Positions 19,407-30,249 of a stretch of 64,000 bases of DNA are shown here, one piece after another. Below the pieces are notes generated by a model. It was not told where the DNA came from. It saw only the letters and a list, made by a program, of their open reading frames with translations, and did not search any database. The DNA comes from an uncultured Verrucomicrobiales bacterium. GTDB taxonomy: Bacteria > Verrucomicrobiota > Verrucomicrobiia > Verrucomicrobiales > DEV007. Position numbers and translations under genes: made by a program. Each line of letters opens with the position of its first letter. The first letter of the stretch is position 1. Location of the stretch: positions 15,501 to 79,500 of the forward strand of contig CALKOM010000134.1 of assembly GCA_938091905.1 (NCBI GenBank). The letters are read 5' to 3'.

Positions 19407-20878
19407 ATTGCCGCAAACGCGCTCTCGAACCGACTCTGTAGATCCTCGAGCGGCTCCATTCCCACGGCGAGCCGGATCAGGTTACGAGAGACGCCACAGG
19501 ATTCTGCCCAGGCAAGTTCTTCGTAGTGTGCGAGCAAAGTGTAAGGACACGCGAGCGTGAAGTTCGTTCCCAAGCTGGGCCCCTTGCTCACGCGAAGAGC
19601 GTCATAAAATTTACGTGCCGCCTCTTCACCTCCACGGAGGACAAGGGAGATGAGCCCTCCATTGCCTCCTGTGGATCGCCGCAATCGCTCATAGTTCGCG
19701 ACGGTCTCACGGTCCGGGTAATAGATCCGTTCGACCTCAGCGCGCTCAGCGAGGAAGCTCGCCAACTGCTTTGCATTGGCATTGATAACCTGCATGCGCT
19801 GGGGGAAATCTTTGCTGTTTGTTAGAAGCACGTCCACATCTAGAGGATGCAATGGAGCGGACTCATCTTCTGACAAGAATCGCTGAAACTGCTCGGCGAA
19901 AGGGCTGGTCTCACTCACCCAAACTGATCCAGCCATCACGTCGCCCATCCCAGAGATGTTCTTTGTCAGGCTTGTCGTTACAAGATCCGCATACGGATAG
20001 ACATCAACATTGTGAATCGTCCCCAACGTGTCATCGACAATCAAAGGGACCCCAGCAGCCCGACACAACCGAGAGACTTCCGGGAGATCGATGGTTCGGG
20101 TCAAAGGATTACAGGGAATCTCACAAAAGACTGCACGAATCGACTCATCACGCAAATACCGTTCGAGACCCGAGACCAAATCATTACCCAACAAAAGATG
20201 AGTCCCCTCACCGAGATGCTTTTGAATACAGAAGACATCCACATACGGAAACTCTAGCTGTATCGTCTTGCCAGGCGCACCACCATCGATGGCTGCACGG
20301 AAGGCAGCAAAGATCGCAGCCATGCCACTCGCATAGAGATGCCCATTTGAAGACGACTGATCTGACCAGGACGCGAGACGCTTAAGAAGTTGCTGTGCAG
20401 CCTTGCCATCGGCAGAAGCCTCCTGGCCAGTGAGCATGGCCTCTGCCTGCCGACTACTCACGATCTCACCTGTATACCGCCAGTACCGTAAGGCCTTCGA
20501 TCTTGAGAACTTCGGGAATACCAGCGCACAAGCCTCACTCTCGGGCCACGCTTCGATTCTCGATTCTACGCAGAGGAAGTCTCGACATCGTTCACAGGCC
20601 GCCTTGCTACCAAAGACCAGCGAGGCTTCACCCGCTCTGGCAAATCGCCGGGTTGCCTCGTCAAACAGGGCCTGGACCTTGGGGTGGCAGAAGAACCGTG
20701 GATAGCCACACTGCAGGGCTCGCATAACCTTAGCGTCACCCTCTTCGTAGCCGACCACACTGTCCCAGGTTGGCATGGCCACCGATACCGCATGCGCGGA
20801 ATCAGGAATGGGTATTCCGAGATCCGAGGACTGCCAAGGGGGCTGGGTAAAGGAATCGCGCACGCTGCATGAAGACAT
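19403..20878 (-). CDS. PLP-dependent cystathionine gamma-synthase family enzyme
   Basis: SGMAAI, EIPCNP, IVDDT, TSLTK (PLP lysine), GPSLG and LIRLAVGME. Start uncertain (20878-20962). Confidence 0.85.
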   Translation of the reverse strand: MSSCSVRDSFTQPPWQSSDLGIPIPDSAHAVSVAMPTWDSVVGYEEGDAKVMRALQCGYPRFFCHPKVQALFDEATRRFARAGEASLVFGSKAACERCRDFLCVESRIEAWPESEACALVFPKFSRSKALRYWRYTGEIVSSRQAEAMLTGQEASADGKAAQQLLKRLASWSDQSSSNGHLYASGMAAIFAAFRAAIDGGAPGKTIQLEFPYVDVFCIQKHLGEGTHLLLGNDLVSGLERYLRDESIRAVFCEIPCNPLTRTIDLPEVSRLCRAAGVPLIVDDTLGTIHNVDVYPYADLVTTSLTKNISGMGDVMAGSVWVSETSPFAEQFQRFLSEDESAPLHPLDVDVLLTNSKDFPQRMQVINANAKQLASFLAERAEVERIYYPDRETVANYERLRRSTGGNGGLISLVLRGGEEAARKFYDALRVSKGPSLGTNFTLACPYTLLAHYEELAWAESCGVSRNLIRLAVGMEPLEDLQSRFESAFAAI

Positions 20879-21169
20879 AGAAGCGTTTTCCCGTCTGTCC
20901 ATCGGCAAGAACGCTTGTCTCATGCGGTCTTGCGCAACGCCGCGCTTCTCGCTAGCGTGCATGCGTTAGTCTACATGAGAAAAGTAATGAATTCTTCGAA
21001 TAAAAAATCCACAGATCTCGTCCATTACCTGATGGCCATTTCAATGAAGTGCCTCGGGAAACGGATCACCATTTTTCTTCAGAGGTACTCCTTAGAGATG
21101 ACCGGTTCTAACACCGCTCCATTCATGATTGGATCGAGCCCTAGAAACCACTCACCCTATAGACTTATC

Positions 21170-21700
21170 ATGTTCACTATATTGACATCTATGTCCGCTG
21201 GCATCGCCCTGGCATTCAGCTCTTGCAGCATGTCATCGCATTCCTCTCAGGTCCGCGCCCAAGAGCGCTACCATTACAATTTCGTACACGGACAGACGGC
21301 TCTCATTCAGCATGGTGTAGCCTGGGCCCCGACCAAAGCACCCGCACCCGTTCATCGTGCCATGGAGGCTGGCAACTTGCTCCAAGGAAAGCCCTACCGT
21401 TGGGGTGGTGGCCACGCTAGCTTCGAAGACACAGGCTACGACTGCTCCGGAACTGTTTCTAACATTTTGCACAAAGCAGGTCTTACCAGTCGTACCATGA
21501 CCTCTTCCGAGTTCAAGAACTACGGATCCCCAGGTCACGGGCGCTGGATCACGATCTACGCTCGCGATGGCCATGTCTTTATGACGATCGCAGGACTCCG
21601 CATCGATACGGGCGGGACCAAAGAAGATACCGGCCCCGTCTGGAAACCGTTCAGCCGAAAGACGTCCTCGTTCATCGTCCGTCACCCACCAGGCCTCTAG
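21170..21700 (+). CDS. NlpC/P60-like peptidoglycan endopeptidase (putative lipoprotein)
   Basis: GKPYRWGGGH, YDCSG (catalytic Cys) and GHVFM (His); lipobox-like FSSC. Start 21170 chosen over the ORF-track start 20915. Confidence 0.8.
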   Translation: MFTILTSMSAGIALAFSSCSMSSHSSQVRAQERYHYNFVHGQTALIQHGVAWAPTKAPAPVHRAMEAGNLLQGKPYRWGGGHASFEDTGYDCSGTVSNILHKAGLTSRTMTSSEFKNYGSPGHGRWITIYARDGHVFMTIAGLRIDTGGTKEDTGPVWKPFSRKTSSFIVRHPPGL

Positions 21701-21788
21701 GCAAATATATGTCACACTCAGGCACAAAGGGTTCAAATTCCCTGCACATGCTACTCTAGCAGGCTTTTCCTTCGTAATTATATGAGAC

Positions 21789-23612
21789 CTACTTCTTATC
21801 CTTGCTAGGATCAAAGAAGATGCGAATATCTGGCTCATCCTCTCCACCGATGACTTGTTGAGCTCTAATGAGCGCATCACGCGTAGAAAGGTTTGGATTG
21901 AAAGGGTTGTTAAGAAACAGATTCCGGTCTTTCTCCTCAGTTCGATAAATCTCAGGATCGTCATCGAGAACTTCCAGGAGACCACTGTTCTTCAACACCT
22001 CATGAACCTCGGGGCTCGCGCCACTGATAATAAGGTGTCGCTCGCGTTCGCGCATGAAACGAATGAGCTCTTCGAGAGCCATCACACTAGTGGCATCGAG
22101 ATGGCGGGCGTTCTTCAGCCGGAGAATGATGACCTTGATGTTGGGATCAAGACAGACATGCTGAATTTGCGTCCTAAACAACTCGGCGGCACCAAAAAAA
22201 AGCTCCCCCTCCACATGCACAATGGAAATCGCATTTCGCTGCTCGCGTTTCTCAGCTTCAGCAAGCTGACCTTCCTGATTGAATTCATACTCGGTTAGAT
22301 GCGGCTTGCTTGCCTTCTTCAGGTAGAGCGCGATTGAGACAGCGGTTCCCAGAAAGATTGCGATATCTAACCGTGCCACCAACGCAGCGATTAATGTCGT
22401 CGTGAGCACGGCTGCATCTGAGCCGGTCGCATTCATACAAATTCGAATGCTTCGCGGGTTGATCAAAGTAACCGCCACACAGATGACAAGCGCAGCCAGA
22501 CAGGCTTTCGGAATATAGGCCACGAGATTCCCCAACAAGACGGCACCTAGTAAGCAGATCAGCCCACTGTAGACACTACTCAGGCGAGTGATCGCGCCAG
22601 AAGCAAAGTTCAAAGCGGAGCGAGTGAGAGATCCAGATGCCGGCATGCCACTAAGAAAGGAGCCACAGACATTGGCCACGCCTACACTCAGCATGTCTTG
22701 GTTAAGATTGGAAGGTTCGCCTGTCTGTCCCGCCAAGGTCTTCGACATGACCGAAGTTTCGAGCGCGGCAAGGAAGGAGACGCCCAATGCCGTACCAAAG
22801 AGGAGACTAATGGTATTGAAGAATTCTGCCCCGCTCAGCTCCGGCATGGCAGGCAAGATCTGCGCGAGGCTGAAGGTATCACCACTAAAGTCTTTGATAG
22901 ATTCGAAGTCCGTCACGTGACCTTTGAGCAAAACAGCGATTAGAGTCACTAACACCAAGGTCGCAGGAAAGGCTAACCGTTTAATCAAACGGCGAAGGGT
23001 GAAATAGAGCGTTGCCGTAAGACCACCGATCGCGAGGGGCGGCCAGGAAACCTCGCTCCCTGCCTTACTCAGGCCTAAAATCACTTCAACGAAGGTCGTG
23101 CTTTCTTTAGGATCTAAATCCACCCCAAGGACATGTTTCATCTGGTTCGCGATGATCAAGATAGCGGCGCCCGTGATGTAGCCCACCACCACACTTCGAC
23201 TCACGTACTGCACAAGATCAGCAATTCGGAGGAAGGCCCCGGTGATCAGAATAAGCCCCACCAACAAGACTAACAACGGCATGAGAGCTATCGAGTAGGC
23301 TCCCATCGTGACAAAGACGAGAAAGGCCGTGGCATTCGTAGGCCCCAGCACTGTGTAAGATGATCCTGATAAGATTGGAGCGATAATCGAGGCGATGATC
23401 GAACAAGTAATCCCGTAATAGACCGGCAATCCAGCCAAGGATGCGTAGGCCATGCCCTGAGGAATGGCTAACAACGCGACATTCAAGGCTGCTCGAATAT
23501 CGGAGCCGAACCGTTTTCCATTGTACCCGCGGAAACTCTTACCAATAGGAAACGTTTCCAAGTCGTTATCCACGACCAGTCGCTTCATTTGGCGAAAGAG
23601 AATTCCTAACAT
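21789..23612 (-). CDS. SulP family anion permease with STAS domain
   Basis: AIPQGMAYASLAGLP, GPTNA and SGSLTRSA; STAS motifs GELFFGAA and HLDATS. Confidence 0.92.
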   Translation of the reverse strand: MLGILFRQMKRLVVDNDLETFPIGKSFRGYNGKRFGSDIRAALNVALLAIPQGMAYASLAGLPVYYGITCSIIASIIAPILSGSSYTVLGPTNATAFLVFVTMGAYSIALMPLLVLLVGLILITGAFLRIADLVQYVSRSVVVGYITGAAILIIANQMKHVLGVDLDPKESTTFVEVILGLSKAGSEVSWPPLAIGGLTATLYFTLRRLIKRLAFPATLVLVTLIAVLLKGHVTDFESIKDFSGDTFSLAQILPAMPELSGAEFFNTISLLFGTALGVSFLAALETSVMSKTLAGQTGEPSNLNQDMLSVGVANVCGSFLSGMPASGSLTRSALNFASGAITRLSSVYSGLICLLGAVLLGNLVAYIPKACLAALVICVAVTLINPRSIRICMNATGSDAAVLTTTLIAALVARLDIAIFLGTAVSIALYLKKASKPHLTEYEFNQEGQLAEAEKREQRNAISIVHVEGELFFGAAELFRTQIQHVCLDPNIKVIILRLKNARHLDATSVMALEELIRFMRERERHLIISGASPEVHEVLKNSGLLEVLDDDPEIYRTEEKDRNLFLNNPFNPNLSTRDALIRAQQVIGGEDEPDIRIFFDPSKDKK

Positions 23613-23622
23613 CGAGACTGTA

Positions 23623-24036
23623 TTAGGACGATAGACGACCTTGTATCCATTCCATCGCGAAAAACAAGGCTATCGTCAATGCGCAGCAAGCAAGAAGGGC
23701 CAGATAAAAATTCCACTTCGCCTCCAGAAGCTTCGGCAGGACGAGAAACATGGGGAGCGTAGGTAGCACAAACCAGAAAGTCGACGAGGAATGCGTGGCG
23801 ATCTTCGAAGCGGGCTGTCCCTCCACTTGCATCCAGATCATCACCAGAATGGACGTGAATGGCAGGGCCACAATCAGGGCTCCGATTGATGGGCTTCGCT
23901 TTACGATCTCCGAAACCCCGACAATGATCGCAACGGTGACGGCGGTCTTGACGAGAAACATCGTATCCCAATTCAGAGGAGCGATACGATCTCCTACCCA
24001 GCCTGCGAGTCTCTTCAGTGAGTCCATAGGATTCAT
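23623..24036 (-). CDS. DUF3147 family membrane protein
   Basis: SEIVKRSP.IGALIVALPFTSIL and TFWFVLPTLPMF; 4 TM helices. Confidence 0.75.
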   Translation of the reverse strand: MNPMDSLKRLAGWVGDRIAPLNWDTMFLVKTAVTVAIIVGVSEIVKRSPSIGALIVALPFTSILVMIWMQVEGQPASKIATHSSSTFWFVLPTLPMFLVLPKLLEAKWNFYLALLACCALTIALFFAMEWIQGRLSS

Positions 24037-24147
24037 CTTACCACTATGAAGCGCCCCTTGTCAGCTGTCGACGACGCAATGCCATCAGATCGAGTTGAGC
24101 CGTAGAAAGTCATTGAGCCAGCATCCTCATTTCTCCAAGATCAACGC

Positions 24148-25515
24148 ATGCGGGCCCTCCTTCTATTTCTGACGCTCCACTTGGTGGCCCACGCTCAAGA
24201 CCGGACTAACATCATCTTTCTATTGGCTGACGACCTAGGATGGACTGGCCTAAGCGGCTACGGTAGTGACTTCTATGAAAGCCCGAATCTCGACCGGCTT
24301 GCAGCGGAAGGCATGAAGTTCACGGACGCGTATGCGGCATGCACGGTGTGCTCCCCCACCCGCGCTTCGATCATGACGGGGAAATACCCCGCGCGGCTTC
24401 ATCTAACGGATTTCATCGCCGGGCAGAACCGTCCTTGGGCCAAACTCACCGTTCCCAATTGGCAGAAAGGGCTCCTCCACACGCACACCACCCTAGCTGA
24501 GGCCCTCAAGGCTCAAGGCTACCAGACCGCCATGGCCGGCAAGTGGCACTTAGAACGCCCCAACCACAAAGCAAAAGATGCCCCCACCAATCATGGGTTC
24601 GATGTTACCATGCTCCGCCCCCCACGAACACGGGGCTACAAGATGAAAGATGGTCGCTATCTCACTGACTACCTCACTGACCAAGCCGTTGCCTTCATCG
24701 AGAAAGCCTCCAAGAACGAGGCCCCGTTCTTCCTCTACATGTCCTACCACGTTCCCCACACGCCAATCCAAGGGCGCAAGGACTTGGTAGACGCCTTTGA
24801 AAAGAAACGAAATCCCAAGGCGGTGCACCACAATGCCAACTACGCCGCCATGGTCGCCAGTCTAGATCAAAGCGCAGGCCGTCTTCTGCATGCATTGGAT
24901 GCGCTTAAGATTTCCGACAATACCATCGTTGTCTTCACCTCAGACAACGGAGGCCTCACACAACGCTATGGAAGGCATGACGACTTTACCGAGAACCTCC
25001 CATTGCGGCGAGGGAAAGGCTCGGCCTACGAAGGAGGTGTTCGCGTACCTGCCATCATTAAATGGCCTGGGCAAACCAAGCCGGGCACCATCTGCAAGAC
25101 ACCGATCATGACCATAGACTACTTTCCCACCCTCTTGAAAGCGGCTGGAGCACACGGTGAACGATCGACCGATGGACGTGACCTTCTTCCTCTTCTGCAA
25201 GATCCTAGCAGATCACTTGAACGCGATCTCTTCTGGCATTACCCTCACTATCATGCTGGCGGTGACAGCCCGTATTCCGCCATACGTTCAGGCAAATTCC
25301 GTCTGATCGAATTTCATGAAGACCAGACCGTCGCCCTCTACGATCTTTCGAATGACTTAGGAGAGCAGCGAAACCTAGCCGAAGAGCTTCCCGACCAGGC
25401 ACAGGCCCTGCAGCGCAGACTACACCAATGGCAAGAGAGCGTCGGCGCTCAAAAGATGCAGCCAAATCCCGATCACGATACGAGCAAGGCCACGAAAGTT
25501 GTCAAGAAGTCGTAG
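24148..25515 (+). CDS. Sulfatase (formylglycine-dependent, S1)
   Basis: LADDLGW, CSPTRASIMTG (CxPxR), GKWHL, TSDNGG and GKGSAYEGGVRVP; signal peptide. Confidence 0.95.
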   Translation: MRALLLFLTLHLVAHAQDRTNIIFLLADDLGWTGLSGYGSDFYESPNLDRLAAEGMKFTDAYAACTVCSPTRASIMTGKYPARLHLTDFIAGQNRPWAKLTVPNWQKGLLHTHTTLAEALKAQGYQTAMAGKWHLERPNHKAKDAPTNHGFDVTMLRPPRTRGYKMKDGRYLTDYLTDQAVAFIEKASKNEAPFFLYMSYHVPHTPIQGRKDLVDAFEKKRNPKAVHHNANYAAMVASLDQSAGRLLHALDALKISDNTIVVFTSDNGGLTQRYGRHDDFTENLPLRRGKGSAYEGGVRVPAIIKWPGQTKPGTICKTPIMTIDYFPTLLKAAGAHGERSTDGRDLLPLLQDPSRSLERDLFWHYPHYHAGGDSPYSAIRSGKFRLIEFHEDQTVALYDLSNDLGEQRNLAEELPDQAQALQRRLHQWQESVGAQKMQPNPDHDTSKATKVVKKS

Positions 25516-25705
25516 CCTCGCGATTTTTGTCCTCATTCTCGCTGGCGCTTGGTCGGCAGAGAAGGGAAGCCACGAGCCTTCTCCGGATGGCACATGCCCT
25601 TTGGCTCAACCGTGGCGGGCTCTGGTAGTCGAGAAACAATCGGAGCCACACACCTGCGGCTTGCATACACTATCATCGATCTACAAGGCTCATGGTCTGG
25701 ATCAG

Positions 25706-25938
25706 ACGCCTGCCGGCTTCACCACCGGATCCAGGCAATCACGAAAGTAGAAAACTCACCGCCTGACCGATTCAAAGCAGAAACTGACATCATCGTGGAA
25801 GACCGTCGCGGCTCGAGGATTATTGAGTGTTTTTTGAAACACGAAGATCTTCCCAACTACCTCGACAACATCGAAGACCTTGCCTCTCTGCCAGGAGCGG
25901 GGTCGTTATAGGACGTCGTCGTGCGCGAAGTGAACTAG
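25706..25938 (+). pseudogene. Remnant 3' end of a paralog of the downstream cassette-A-like gene
   Basis: RLHHRIQAITKVENSPPDRF...LPNYLDNIEDLA...L*DVVVREVN aligns with the C-terminus encoded at 29987-30219 (RLHFRIQSITKGADSPPNRF...LPNYLDDSKDLA...LYEVIVRDGG). TAG 25909-25911 replaces Tyr. Confidence 0.85.
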
Positions 25939-26037
25939 AGTTTTGACGACGGGCCCCTGCGCTCATAGTAAAATCATGTATCCCACTAAAAGTTGTATTT
26001 TTAACTTTTCGAAATCCGGCAAATCAATAGTTTATCC

Positions 26038-29000
26038 ATGATGGAGAAGCTTTGGACGCCACTCAGATCCCAGATTCGTTGGATCTTCAGCGGAATGATC
26101 ATGTTGATGGCATTCCCAGTCACCGGCATCGGGCAGAACGCTCTTACCTTTGGATTTGGCAAAAACAGTCAAGGCGACAACACCGTGGAGTTCGCCTGGC
26201 TGGCAGAGCCTAACGTCGTCCTACAGCGCTCCCCTACCCTTCGTGACAACGATTGGGAAACCCTCCTCGCTACCCGAGGCGAGTCCGAGTTCTCAGCTGA
26301 TCGTCAAAGCGAATTCGCCATGTTTTACCGATTAGTGAGTCTGCCCGATGCGACCTCATTAAAAACCACGCCAGAGGCCCTGGAATGGCGGCTAACAGAA
26401 ATGACGATCAATCAGATCGATCGCGCAGTAAATCCTCAGTCCACGCCAGCCAATAAACAGCTGTTGCCTCCTGACGACGGAGATGGCCAGCACTCCGTTG
26501 GTTTGTTTGGTCAGCTAGAACGATTCACTTGGGCTTCTCAACCAGGGCTCATTCGCATTTATAGCCCAGAGAAAGTCGAGTTTGATCGAGCCTATAAACT
26601 TTACTCTAGCAAAGACAGCGTCGCGTCCTCTCGCGAGGACCTTCAGGCTGATATTGCCACGACACGCGCCTGGCAGAGCCAAGCCGACAGATTCACCAAC
26701 CTGAACGAGCCCATTTTAGATGGAAACGGGAACAAAAGATTCCCGATCCTCGACCCCCGAGCACTGAGCTTGGGCGTAGAAGGCTTTAGCTACTTCAACG
26801 ACTCTTCGCTAGGAACCGCGGCCAATATAGCTTTACCCATGCCCGCTGAATGGCTCTACCTTCTACAGGATGGGTCGTTAGGCACCCTCGACAACAGCAG
26901 CAGATGGACTGGCGATGGCGAAGCCTCCGAAACGAATCCGATCGTGGCTCGCCTAGCTTACTGGGGTGACGATGAAACCGCTAAACTGAATATCAACATT
27001 GCCTCGGAGGGCAGGCCATGGGACGTCCCGCGAGCAGACACTCCTCAAGAGCGGTCTTATGCCTTGATGCAACCTGTGAATGGCGAAGTCCAACGTTATC
27101 CAGGGCATCCATCGATGACTTCGCTGAGCAGTCTCCTCTTTCCTGGTAAGTCAGCGGATCATAAGCATCACAGCCTCCGATTAACAGAGAACGAGCTAAA
27201 GCTCATTTACGACCTGACACCAAGAGTCGTGTTCAACAAAATCCGGCCGACTGCCTCCCCCGTAGCCTTGGACGACGACGCCAAATACGCTCGTGTCACT
27301 GATTGGCTCAGCAAAGCCAAGTCTGGTGGAATTGAGGATGCAGAGTTCTTGCACGGCTTCGTCACGACGAGCAATCCGGCACCTGAAATTACCATTCATG
27401 GTCTACCGAGAATCAGTATGTGGCCGGTTCACGAAGTGAACAGCAGCCGCCTCCGGACAGCCTATGACTCACGATCGGCAGCGTTGAGTCCATCGTTTGG
27501 TTTCCTGCGTCGGGACGCCAATTCAAGGCATGGCGAATTCTACTCGCGAGCCAACCGGCACAACGTCGATCTCTTTCAATATCTCATGCACCAGACCTAC
27601 ATGAAGGTACCTGGCTATGGGAAATCGTTAGCAGCCAAATATGGAGCTCGACTAAGCACCTCAAACTACGCTGATGACACAGACTATGATAAGGATCACT
27701 TCATGATCGCGTTCTCGATGCTAGATCACATTCGCACGACAAACATCTTGGATCCAAACCATGGAGAGCCCTATGTAGATCCACTGATCACCTCTGGGAG
27801 CGGTCTAGGAACGATGCCTGGACTCAGCCTCATTAGTCGTAATCTCAAGACTGGCAATGGCGCCTCCGACCACGCTCAGCGCTGGGCTCAACCGACCTTG
27901 GAACCAAATGCTGCGGGGCGAGACTACACGCTTTCTGAACTCGTGCTCACCGCCTACGTCACAGGTGAAACGACCATTCATAGCTGGTCTGATGGAGAGC
28001 CAGATTTCCGCGACGACAACGGCCCTACCGGAGATGTCAAAGTCCTGCAGCGTACGCTTATGAACAAACACCCTGCCTATACCGAGTGGACAGGACGTCG
28101 CTTCGGCCCCAATGACGAGGGTAAAACCTTTGTTAGTGTTGAAATAGGATTAGTCCCCGAGACCTTCTCGCCATCCCAGGGAACCCCTCGAAAGATACCG
28201 AGCCAAACTCTTCGCCTGCTAACTGGTGGCCCAGAATACCGCGGCGGCCTAAGTTCGAGTCGGGGGCTAAGAGTCAATGGGGTTCCTCTACAACTCTGGG
28301 GAGAATCGGCTCCAACAAACACCTCTATCCAAGGCCCTATCCTATCGACCGTTGACGGCGCCAATGTCATCTCCCGCTTTCCCGATATTCCCAACGATTG
28401 GCCCAGCCACGGTGGCCTAGGCGGCCCCCGCTTGTTTCGCTTCGGCACGTTCATGATCAATGAGAGTCAGGAAGGATGGTTCGGCACTGACTTTCTAGCA
28501 AACGGCACTGGTCCTCTCGCTGCCTGGTATTCTCAGACACTGGTAATCATAGAGAAAGGAACTTCACTCTCATTCATACAAGAGGAGCCAATCCAAATCG
28601 CTCTCCACGCAGGCGGTCCAGAGAATGCTTCTCCGGGGAACATCACTCGACTTTTCAATTTCCGCTTTGCTCAGCCCGGCAAGTCATTCGAAGTGCCTCC
28701 TCCTGAAAATGGACTCTCATCATACAAAGGCTGGACGCGGCGATTTCGAGGAGCCGCTGGTTCATCAGCAGAATCGCCAAGTCCGATCACCGAGCCAGAC
28801 AGCAACGAAACAACCAAAGGACTTTCGGTCACTCACGGCGACTATCGCCACGTCGCACTGAAACGCGTTATTCCAAGTGAACTCTTTGGCCACCACCCCG
28901 CAGCAAAGATTAGGCGAAACTCAAACTCGCTGACCTGGGCAACGCGCAACGGCACTTCTGCGGAGCCCTCGGCGACACAAGGCCCGGCCGAGATTGGTCG

Positions 29001-30219
29001 CAGCATCGTTGATGAGGTTACCTACGCCGGTGAGATTCTTCCCGACTTCGTACATGACCCGAGAAACCGAGCAAAGTTCGCTCCCCTGCTGAGTAGCAAC
29101 TATCGCTTCCCCATCGACCCAACGATCACACGGGATTTCGACAATGGTCTCGGCAATGCACCTGACGGCCCATACATCAATACCTCTGATGATGGCGAAG
29201 ATAAGATCCAGGGAACAAGCGTCTTTAACCCGTTGGCCCCCTACTTTGAAGGCACCAGTTCAATCGTTGATGTCTTTGGCCATGAACATCACTTCGCTCG
29301 ACGCATGGCCCCATCACCAGTCGCCTTCGGTTCCCTTCCCTCTGCCTCTCAGGCAAACGCCCCTTGGACCTGCCTGCTCTTCAGGCCAAACCTCTCCGAT
29401 CCCACCACTTTCCCGCATTTGGGCGAAGCTGAAAACGGCATGGTCTGGCAACGAAATCGCACAACGCTTGATGCTTTTGAAGTCCCGCAAATGGCCTCCG
29501 TCAAGGGAGATCCAACTTATCCTGGAGATCATCTGTGGTTAGACTATTTCTGGATGCCGACCGCCCAACCGGTCGACGCCGCTAGCCCTTTCGCGACACA
29601 GGGCAAGGTGAACATGAACTACCAGCTCTTCCCATACACTTACATCAAACGTGCCACAGCCATGCACGCGGTCCTCAAAGGAGAAGAAATCATGGCCATC
29701 CCAACTTCTGCCGGTCTCACCTACAAGAGCTCCCAGAAGAATCCGAATTGGCGCCATCGGATCGATGCTAAAGAGACGCTCTCTCAATTCGAGCTCAAGT
29801 TTGGCAAAGGCGAGATCTTTATGACCGAGTCCGAGATCTGCGAGCAATTCCTCATCCCCGAAGGACAAGCTTGGGATGGCACGGGTATTAGCGTGCGTGC
29901 CTTCTGGGACAAGCATCGTTTGTCAGGCGACAACACGCTTGAGCGCCCGTATGCCGGTTTGTATTCGCGACTCACCACTCGCTCGAACGCCTTCCGGCTG
30001 CACTTCCGTATCCAGTCCATCACCAAGGGAGCAGATTCCCCACCAAATCGCTTCGACCGGGACAAGGACTCTATCGCCAAAGACCGCCGCGGATCCAAGG
30101 TCATCGAACGCGTACTCAACCATGAAGCCCTTCCAAACTACCTCGACGACAGCAAGGACCTCGCGGGCACTCGACGAGCCGAGGCCCTCTATGAAGTCAT
30201 CGTACGAGATGGAGGCTAG
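26038..30219 (+). CDS. Verru_Chthon cassette protein A-like large secreted protein
   Basis: WASQPGLIR, WLYLLQDG, RLAYWGDDETAKLNIN, EVQRYPGHP, DFDNGLG...DGPYIN, GKVNMNYQ, GDNTLERPY and RLTTRSN motifs, as recalled for cassette protein A. Confidence 0.8.
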   Translation: MMEKLWTPLRSQIRWIFSGMIMLMAFPVTGIGQNALTFGFGKNSQGDNTVEFAWLAEPNVVLQRSPTLRDNDWETLLATRGESEFSADRQSEFAMFYRLVSLPDATSLKTTPEALEWRLTEMTINQIDRAVNPQSTPANKQLLPPDDGDGQHSVGLFGQLERFTWASQPGLIRIYSPEKVEFDRAYKLYSSKDSVASSREDLQADIATTRAWQSQADRFTNLNEPILDGNGNKRFPILDPRALSLGVEGFSYFNDSSLGTAANIALPMPAEWLYLLQDGSLGTLDNSSRWTGDGEASETNPIVARLAYWGDDETAKLNINIASEGRPWDVPRADTPQERSYALMQPVNGEVQRYPGHPSMTSLSSLLFPGKSADHKHHSLRLTENELKLIYDLTPRVVFNKIRPTASPVALDDDAKYARVTDWLSKAKSGGIEDAEFLHGFVTTSNPAPEITIHGLPRISMWPVHEVNSSRLRTAYDSRSAALSPSFGFLRRDANSRHGEFYSRANRHNVDLFQYLMHQTYMKVPGYGKSLAAKYGARLSTSNYADDTDYDKDHFMIAFSMLDHIRTTNILDPNHGEPYVDPLITSGSGLGTMPGLSLISRNLKTGNGASDHAQRWAQPTLEPNAAGRDYTLSELVLTAYVTGETTIHSWSDGEPDFRDDNGPTGDVKVLQRTLMNKHPAYTEWTGRRFGPNDEGKTFVSVEIGLVPETFSPSQGTPRKIPSQTLRLLTGGPEYRGGLSSSRGLRVNGVPLQLWGESAPTNTSIQGPILSTVDGANVISRFPDIPNDWPSHGGLGGPRLFRFGTFMINESQEGWFGTDFLANGTGPLAAWYSQTLVIIEKGTSLSFIQEEPIQIALHAGGPENASPGNITRLFNFRFAQPGKSFEVPPPENGLSSYKGWTRRFRGAAGSSAESPSPITEPDSNETTKGLSVTHGDYRHVALKRVIPSELFGHHPAAKIRRNSNSLTWATRNGTSAEPSATQGPAEIGRSIVDEVTYAGEILPDFVHDPRNRAKFAPLLSSNYRFPIDPTITRDFDNGLGNAPDGPYINTSDDGEDKIQGTSVFNPLAPYFEGTSSIVDVFGHEHHFARRMAPSPVAFGSLPSASQANAPWTCLLFRPNLSDPTTFPHLGEAENGMVWQRNRTTLDAFEVPQMASVKGDPTYPGDHLWLDYFWMPTAQPVDAASPFATQGKVNMNYQLFPYTYIKRATAMHAVLKGEEIMAIPTSAGLTYKSSQKNPNWRHRIDAKETLSQFELKFGKGEIFMTESEICEQFLIPEGQAWDGTGISVRAFWDKHRLSGDNTLERPYAGLYSRLTTRSNAFRLHFRIQSITKGADSPPNRFDRDKDSIAKDRRGSKVIERVLNHEALPNYLDDSKDLAGTRRAEALYEVIVRDGG

Positions 30220-30249
30220 CCAAACACTCCCGGGTTCGTAAGCTAAGGA

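Noticed and set aside
20880..21169. Possible SAM riboswitch upstream of the cystathionine gamma-synthase gene
   Set aside because: No SAM-I, SAM-II or SAM-V consensus recognised on the minus strand.
21726..21755. GGGTTCAAATTCCC, tRNA T-arm-like sequence
   Set aside because: No D-arm, anticodon arm or acceptor stem can be built, and there is no integrase nearby.
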